Origin: Basidioascus undulatus
Lineage: Eukaryota
NCBI GenBank assembly: GCA_000826855.1
Contig: JTLS01000090.1
Location: 1 to 32,669 of the forward strand
Reading direction: 5' to 3'
DNA length: 32,669 nucleotides
Below the pieces are notes generated by a model. The model was not told the origin of the DNA. It was given only the letters and a program-made list of their open reading frames with translations, and ran no database searches. The position numbers were made by a program, and so were the translations under genes. Positions 22,556 through 32,669 of this stretch are shown here, piece after piece. Numbering within the stretch: position 1 is the stretch's first letter; every line of letters starts with the position of its first letter.

Positions 22556-24223
22556 ATGGCAGGCTCAGTCCACAAGATATCCCTCCCGCCTTTCCAGCGT
22601 GGCTTTGCCTTTGCGCTCTCGGACCACCCCACAATTCCCCAGCCGCCGTCGCCATTCGACACGCCGCCGCTGCGTGACGAGGATGACCCTCGGAGCCAGC
22701 CTGAGGAGCGCCGCTACGTCCGTCTTCCATGCTTGGAATGGGGCCGATCCCCCTTGTTGAATCTGTACAACAAGCAGAACCTCCGCTCGGCACCACCGCA
22801 AGGTCAGACTGCGCCGCCTGCACAGCTGCAGCCGGCACCACCACCGTCGGTGCTCCAAGCCTCTTCCTTTCCGTCTCCAGTCTCTTCCCCCCCGAGGTCC
22901 TACGTCAGTAGATCTCTTAAGTTCAACATTCTGGCTTGCTCTGAGTCCTCTTATCACCCCAGAACCTCCGCACCCACCGCTCTAGCGCGCCTGCGCCCGC
23001 GTCTGGGCCGGCAGCCCCGTCGGACTCGAAGCGACCCCGTCCGTGGTCGACCGCTCCTCCGGAAGCGCGGAGCAAGAAGATCGGAGGCGCTGCCATTCCG
23101 GTCTTTCTCAAGCAGCTCTATGCGTGCGTCACCCTCCTTTTAAGACTTAGGAAGCAGGCGCAGCGAAGTTGAGCGCGGGACTGGCGGGGGGATGGGCGGC
23201 TCGGACAGCATGCTGGCCGAGAAGAAGAATCAGGCTGTCATCTCGTGGGACGCGGAGGGGAAAAAAGTCCTGATCAAAGAGGTGCTTTCTTCATTTGGGG
23301 AGTGGAAAGGAAATTGCGACGACTGACGGGCGTGAGCACTGTCGGGCCGATGGGCAGCCTTCCGCTGTACGCAGTCTGCCTTCCCTTGGCTCTTCTTTCC
23401 TTTCGTGAGAGAAGCACTCACGTATACCTATGTGCTTAAGCTGCCTGGTATCCTGTCGCAGTACTACAGGCACTCGAACCCGACTTCCTTCGCCCGCCAG
23501 ATGAACGTGTGTGGCCTCGAGATCTGCGCTCCTTCCTCTCTTTCTTACCATTCTGATCCTTCTCCCTGCTTATAGATCTATGGCTTCACACGCCCTCCCA
23601 CACATTGCTCGACACCCACACCCTCTTCCTCCACGGCCGCTTCCACCGCTACCCGCACCAACACCTGGCAGCACGCCGTCCTCCGTCGCACGACGCCCGA
23701 GGCCGACTTCAACCACATCACGCGCAACGCCGACCACGTCCGTCTGAGCACGCGCCTCCCGAGCCGCGCCCCGCAGAAGCGCGCGAAGCGCTCGGAGCCG
23801 GAGACCGAGGATGAGGCGGTCGACAGCGACGCCGAGTCTGCGTTGACGGACCTGCCCGAGGACATGGAGGAGGACGATGGCGCGGGGGCGGACGAGGAGG
23901 AGCAGTCAACCGCGACGACGGAGCTATCGCCCGCGCCGACGACGTTTGGCTTCGAGGGCGAGCACGAGCACGAGCACTCTGGGGGGGGCGCATCGCCCGC
24001 CTTCTCCCGCGCGGCGACCTCCCTCTCGCCTGCTCCGGCTGGACCGGACGTCGAGGATGCAGCGAAGCTCATGCCCACCTCGTACGCTGCTCTGCCATTC
24101 TACCCGCTTGGGCTCAAGAGTCTGGGACGTGCGAGCAAGGTCGGCATGCCCGTCTCGAACGAGCGGGGCGCGGCGTGGTCCGGAGAGGGAGAGGGAGAGG
24201 GTGAAGGAGAGGGAGAGGAGTAG
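22556..24223 (+). CDS. HSF-type winged-helix DNA-binding protein, divergent
   Basis: Spliced IPVFLKQLYAML...QAVISWDAEGKKVLIKE(PSA)LPGILSQYYRHSNPTSFARQMNIYGFTR...WQHAVLRR resembles the HSF consensus FLxKLY..IxW..FKHxNxxSFVRQLNxYGF..FxHxxFxR. Basic KRAKR followed by an acidic low-complexity tail. Start codon is less certain. Confidence 0.82.
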
Positions 24224-24945
24224 GTGGGTTGGGGAGGGGAGTAATAGGTGGTGGAAGGAGGAGGGGAAGAGAAAGGATTTTTCTCTTCGCTCGGAGATGT
24301 TGCTCGGTCTCGATGTGTTGTCTGATGTGGGATTTGTTTTCACCCTTTTTCTCGCGCTTCTTTTGTCTGTTTGTAGGACTCCAAAGTGATGCCCGATCTG
24401 TTCGCAATTGGTTTTGTACCCTTATTGACTCATACCAAGCCATTTTCTTTATTTCCTAATGTTTGTTGGCCATGGGTTGCAATTGCATGTGGTGTCTCGA
24501 GCGAGCCGACAGCGTGGTAGTCCGGCGCGCCGAGGGACACTCGGGCTTTGGGAAGTTCCGATTCGAAGGTAACGGCATCGACGTCCAGTTATCTTCAACT
24601 GCACGGTGCTTGAAGAGCCAGTAATCCTGCAGGTTGCCTTTCAGTGTACGTTTCCCCTGCTGTGTCAGCTGTTCATCGCCGACCATGAGGGTGACGTTGC
24701 GGCACGCACCTTTCGTTGCATTCTTGAGAAAGACGTGATGGGCCATGTACAAACTATTGAATCACATTGAATCAACGTTGAAAATCTTAGCTTTCTGCCG
24801 TAGACTCTTGCAGCGGAGAAACGCACGCAAGCAATGCACGCCGCAGGATGAGACAGCTCGATCGACATCCGCTTCAACCTCAGTATTCCAACGTGCTACA
24901 TATTCTCATTCTCTTCCCTACAACCATTCTCCCAATTGTCGAGTC

Positions 24946-25319
24946 TCAAAGGGTCGACCCGTACGGTGAAGTGGTCGAGCGGTAGCGGGAAGGCCAGATC
25001 CCATTCTTCCCTGGAGCTATGATGCCGTTCGGGTCGATTGTGTCCTTGAGCTGGTTGTTCAACTTCATGATGGCGCCGCTGAGAGACAGACTCGGTGTCA
25101 GTGAAAGAGTCTGCCCAACAGCGGGAGCAGCAGACGCACTCGTTAAACTTGTACGTCTGAGCCATCTGGTCCATTGCCGAAAGATGCGTGCGGTACTCGC
25201 CATCTGCAAGAGCGTTCAGTCACGGGTGATCACGGCTAAGCATGTTTTTAGTGCCCAAGCGGAAAGCATGGAGTAGAAGACATAAACCCGGCTGCCGCAG
25301 CATCGTCAATCTGGAGGAG
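24946..25319 (-). pseudogene. C-terminal three exons of a vanillyl-alcohol oxidase (VAO/PCMH family) gene, detached
   Basis: LLQIDDAAAAG | YGEYRTHLSAMDQMAQTYKFN | GAIMKLNNQLKDTIDPNGIIAPGKNGIWPSRY...* is the characteristic VAO/PCMH C-terminus (GEYRTH, KDxxDPNGIxAPGKxGIWP). No upstream exons on this strand. Confidence 0.9.
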
Positions 25320-25408
25320 GCAGCTACATAAAGTTCTAGAGTCGTGCAACATAACGACCACAATTTTCATCGCTCTAATTACAGCACACAACCACCATCC
25401 TAAGCGCC

Positions 25409-28092
<2,684 letters not shown>

Positions 28093-30122
28093 AGCGGATC
28101 GTGTGCAAACGGCTCAACTGCGCCGTGTCCGTCTATCCCAGTTCGCGTCCACATGACTTTGAAGGTGGACGTTTAGCGGCTGCAGCAGATACGCAGCGTA
28201 TCTGATTCTGGCTGGTGAAAGCAACCTACCAAGAACAATATCTCACCTGACAGCTGATTTCACTCTCCGGACCGAGTAAATGTCGGCGGCTGGCAGTGTC
28301 CGGAGCGCTCTTTCTGGTGTCACTCGCACTCGTGACTGTGCTATCGGACCTCCATGTTCGCGACCAGAGTGTACTCTCATCCAGATGCAATGTCCAGGGT
28401 AGCTTTAAAACACGCTGAGACTGTGTTTAATGATGAACTCTGGAACAGGGATAATGAAGAAGCGGTTTGGTCTGATGGCCGTTGGCAATGAGTGGCTCAC
28501 GAGCTTCGTCGCTCCGTCTGTGTAGTGTCACAGCCCATGTCCCATAACTCTGATGGTAAGGGTACCAAAATACTCACAAGCATAGAAAAGCTTTAATACG
28601 GGAGGTATCACAGGACAGGAAGCGATGAGGCTGATGGTCCTTGCGTAGTAGCACAAAGGGGATTCGAACGCGACTGTGACTGTGCGGGGGCAGATGGAAG
28701 TAGACCCTCGAGCCATGGCGCTCTTGGATCTTCAGAGTTCCACAAACGTTTAGAAAGCTATGTTCTAGTGGTAAAATGTGGTATGGTGGATTATGTAGCA
28801 CTTGGTACAGGACGCGCACGCAGCAGCTGCCCCTCCAAGCTTCGCGTGTAAGGCCCTCTGCTGTGCCTATTCAGGTTAGACATACGTTGTACTCATACGA
28901 CTCGATATATGTTCAAGAGATGTGGTGGATCTTACTCGCAATATTTAGTTGTACGCGGCTCTCTAGTGTAACGGCATGTTTGAGGATTCAGCGGCTGTGC
29001 AGGTCTGCTCAAGGCGGATGCTGGCCGCTCAATGAGCAAAGAAAAGACCAGGTCCTTCCCGTAACACTCACAGGCACACTTTTTTGCGCTTTATTGAAGC
29101 ACTATCATGGGTATGCCATACATCGAAAGCATTCGACGCGGCCGGGCACACGGGGTTGGACAGACTCGGCGGTAGCAGACTCGCATTGCATGTTGTCGAG
29201 GATTCAGGAGATCCAGCTACAAGTGGATTCTTTTACTGGAAATTTCCCACTATAGGGTGTCTTGCCGTAGGAATAGCTGCTCTGTCTGAGTGCAGCGTCG
29301 TATCCATCGTGCCCCTTGAATTTGAAGTCTTCAAAGTACTTATCTACCACACTCCCGGAGCATCAGAATAGGACCTTCCATTAGATTACATTCGTTCTGT
29401 TCTTTACTATTTTGAGGATCAAGGCTCCAAGAAGCGTGCACTCTCTCGGAGGAAAGAAAAGCAAACAAACACAAACAAAAACAGGTTACAGGCAGCGGTG
29501 CACGGGCTGCCGCTGCGAAGTTGAAACACGAGCCAGTGCGGCGTCCGTGCAGCGTCAAAGTCGCCGCCCGGGTGCCCGGCTCTCCTGACCTCAGATCCCC
29601 CACACTTTCGGCTGCTCTCCCCATCGCCAACAGCGGCGGCGCTGGATCCAGCGACGAGCACGACCCCGGCACCGACGAGCGCGCATCCGCGTCCATTCAG
29701 TCCAGCCATCTCGGCGGCCTCCCCGTCCGGCGCGTCTTCTCGCGTGCCCCGCATCGCCGTCAGCTGTCCGTCCGCCGCACTCTTGCTCGCAGTCTGCGTT
29801 GCCTTCTCCTGCTCACCACCATCACTCCCCCTCTTAGCCACACAGGAGCAGCTTTTAGAGAGCTCTACCACACAGTCTTCTTGGCGGATAATCAGGCGCT
29901 GTGAGCTGGTGAGTCGGCGCAGGGGTGCGCTATGGCCCAGCGTGCCCAGGCGGCGGCGGGAAAGGGGCAACTGGCTGGGCTTGCAGGGGCTGGCGAGTAA
30001 TGGCAGAGGTCACGATGCTGGTCGTGATTGGATCGGATCGGGTTTTTCTTATTCACCCAGATCTGCGTATTGACACTCCTGCTCTTGCTCCTGCTCTCTG
30101 TTTCGATTCCACAGTCACCACA

Positions 30123-32669
30123 ATGCGCCGCTTCGGCCGCAAGGACAGCGACGCGTCCCTGCTCGACGTGCCCTCGCCCTCCTCCGCCCACGCGCCGTCG
30201 TCCATCCCAGGACACCGCTCCTCAGCCTCCCGCTCGTCCTCGTTCTCCCTCGCGCGCGAATCCACCGCGTCCCCCTCGTCCCCAAAGTCCGGCGGCGGCT
30301 TCGTCGGCTACCTCGCCCGCAGGTTCTGGACATCCTCGTCCAAGGATGCCCAGGCCACCTCGTATGGCTCTTCGAGGACGAGCTCGGACGAGGGCGGCTT
30401 CTTTGGGAGGCCGACAAGGACGAGCAATCCGAGCAAGCCCAGTGTTGGCGGGTCGGTGGGAGCGGTGAGCGCCGGGGCAGGCAAGAAGGTCCACCCGCTC
30501 AAACAGGCGGCCGGAAGGAAATGGAGCCGGAGCGCGGACGACTTGACCACCTTCACGGGTAGTGATGGAAAGTGGGAGGAGAACAGGGCGGACCGGGAGA
30601 ACATGGTGCGTCGTCACAGTCTTGCGTCAAGATACGGGCACGGCTGAGCGTACGGCGGGGTCTGGCAGATTGAGCGCTACCGGGATGAGGGACTGCAGTC
30701 TCCTTCTACGTCTGCTCCACCTCCCGCACCTTCGTCCGGTCTCGGCGTCCGCACCCGCAAGATCTCCCTCCCGCTCTCCTCGCACCCGATCCTCCCCTCG
30801 CCCACCTCACCCAGCAGCAGCCCAATCCCCTTCCCATCCGCCTCTTCGCCTTCGCCGTCCTCGGCCGAGCCCCCTGCGACGCTGTCCCCGCCGCCGGTAT
30901 CCTCCGTGCACCGCCCGAAGCGCACCTCCTCCCTCGCAGCCAACACCCTCCTCTCCACCTCCCCGACTCACCTCCCCTCCTCCGTCTCTTCCCCCTCCCT
31001 CACCGGCAGCCCACCTGCACGCGGCATCCCCGGCCAGACGCATGAGATGACTCCGTCGCTCAATGTCCCGCAGCAGCACGGGCGGAGCAGGAGCCACAAC
31101 CCGACGACGCTCCTCAGCGCTAGCGAGGGCACGAGCCCGCCGCCGCCGCCCCTCCCCCAGCGCTCCGCGGACCGCACCCCCAACTACGGCGGCCTCGGCT
31201 TCTCCTTCAACTTCCCCTTCAACAGCAACACCTCTCCGAACAACGCCGCCTCCAACTCCGAGGCCCGCACGCCCTCGCCGCGCACGCCCACGTTTCCCAT
31301 CTCCCCGCCCGTCATCAATGCCCCTATCGACGAGGACGCCGCGGCAGAGTCCGCCGTGGCATCCCCGTTCGGGGGACCCAACAAGCGCGCGTCCCAGATC
31401 GTCCTTCGCTCCGGCTTCCTCCTCCGCAAATCCGACTTCACCCCGCCGTCCTCCCACGCCTTTTCGTCCTCCTCCGCCGCTGCGTCCAAGACGATGGACC
31501 TCTCGCGCGGGTGGAAGCCGTACAAGCTCGTCCTCCGTGGGAACAAGCTCTTCTTTTACAAGGTTCCGAGTGACAAGGCCGGCCATGTCAGGGACGCGTT
31601 CCCGACGGGCTTGGTGCAGCCCCCAACGCCGGTCGAGAGCGCCGCTGTGGCTCCTGCGCCTGGCGAGGAGAAGCGCGGCGCAGGCCAGGGGCGCGCAAGG
31701 AGGGCGTTTTGGGGGAGAGGAAGACACCCAGAGCTCGTCGTTGAGGAGGGCGAGGCGCGCACGGTCAAGGCCGGCAGTCCGGACGCGCTCGTGCACGAGA
31801 TGATCTTTGCGACCGAGTTTCGTTCGGAATACGCGACGGGTGAGTTCTCTCTACTGCGTCTGCGTTGCAAAGTCGTCGATGACAGTGGCTTGGTTCACTC
31901 TAGACGCCCACCTCGCCTTCATCCAAACCGTCTTCCTCGCCTACCCCACCCCGCTTTCCGTTCCACCGACCAAACTCGCGCTCGAGCTGCACCGCTGCGT
32001 CGCGACTGCCCTCGCTGGGCCCGAGTCGGATCACGAGCGCATGCGCGCCTCCACGCTCGTCATCGCGCGCGCGCTCGTCCGGCGCTGCACCGCGTCGGAG
32101 CCGCTCCCCACCGAGGCGTCCAAGACGCTCGTGGAACTCGCGGAGGAGGCGTTCGGCGAAGGCCGCGACGCCGAGCGGAAGGAGATCATCGCGCTCGCGA
32201 ACGGGGAGACCTCGCCGCGCCCCACGCTGCCCGGCCTGACGGACTGGGCGGCGCAGGCCGCGCGCTCGCCCAGCCCGGCCACGGCGCTGCGGCCCGAGAT
32301 CGCAGCTCACCTCCGCCAGGGCCTCTTCCCCGCGCTGTTCCTCGCGCTCGACCCGCGCGAATTCGCGCGCCAGCTGCACGCGTTCCACCTCGAGCGCCTG
32401 TGCGCCGTTGACCTCTCGCTCGAAGGCATCGTCGAGGCCGCGGACAAGGACGACGGGGCGCTGCTGCTCCGCCTCTTCGCGTTCATGCCCAACCGACCCC
32501 ATTTCATCACCCGCCTCGCTCTCCACCACATCCTCATTTCTTCCCGACAACCCGCGGCGCCCGCTATGCCTGCGCGGAACGGACGCATGCCCTCCTCGCC
32601 GTCCCTCGCGTCCTTCCAGTCCTCCCCGTCCGGCTCGCTCTCCTCACCCTCCTCGCCATCCCCCACCGC
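30123..32669 (+). CDS. Large signalling protein with Ser/Pro-rich N-terminus, PH domain and RasGEF-like (REM/CDC25) region, possibly Bem2-like; 3' end beyond window
   Basis: PH-like VLRSGFLLRK...RGWKPYKLVLRGNKLFFYK, REM-like TVKAGSPDALVHEMIF, CDC25-start-like LFLALDPREFARQLHAFH. Introns 30606-30668 and 31839-31903. Probable 5'-UTR intron 29909-30114. Confidence 0.7.

Noticed and set aside
24456..24752. 98-aa minus-strand ORF downstream of the VAO C-terminal fragment, and similarly 1270-1722 (-)
   Set aside because: No recognisable motif or consistent exon structure, so they cannot be supported without a homology search.

Overview
GC-rich, intron-dense fungal (basidiomycete-type) nuclear DNA. 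Most ORFs in the supplied track are shadow ORFs, so genes were rebuilt by hand from GT-AG/GC-AG introns. In order: 5' part of mitochondrial Lon protease (-), SDH3 (-), a ModF/YDR061W-like two-domain ABC ATPase (+), an apparently intact 14-exon proteinase K-type subtilase (-), a DsbA/FrnE-like CPFC oxidoreductase (+), peflin PEF1 (+), a pseudogenised second subtilase (+), GGPP synthase (+), a divergent HSF-type transcription factor (+), a vanillyl-alcohol-oxidase-family pseudogene, and the 5' part of a large PH/RasGEF-like protein (+). The most striking structure is the VAO-like gene. It is split into an N-terminal part on + (25409-28092) and a C-terminal part on - (24946-25319), which rejoin in frame if a ~2.77 kb segment is inverted. 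Also notable: a Ser at the normally Trp SDHI-site position of SDH3, microexons inside functional motifs, two GC-AG introns in PEF1, and a ~52-aa Gly/Ser insert in the subtilase. No CRISPR, rRNA, clear tRNA or intact transposon was seen, and I found no convincing new multi-gene system. Family calls rest on motif recognition, not database searches.
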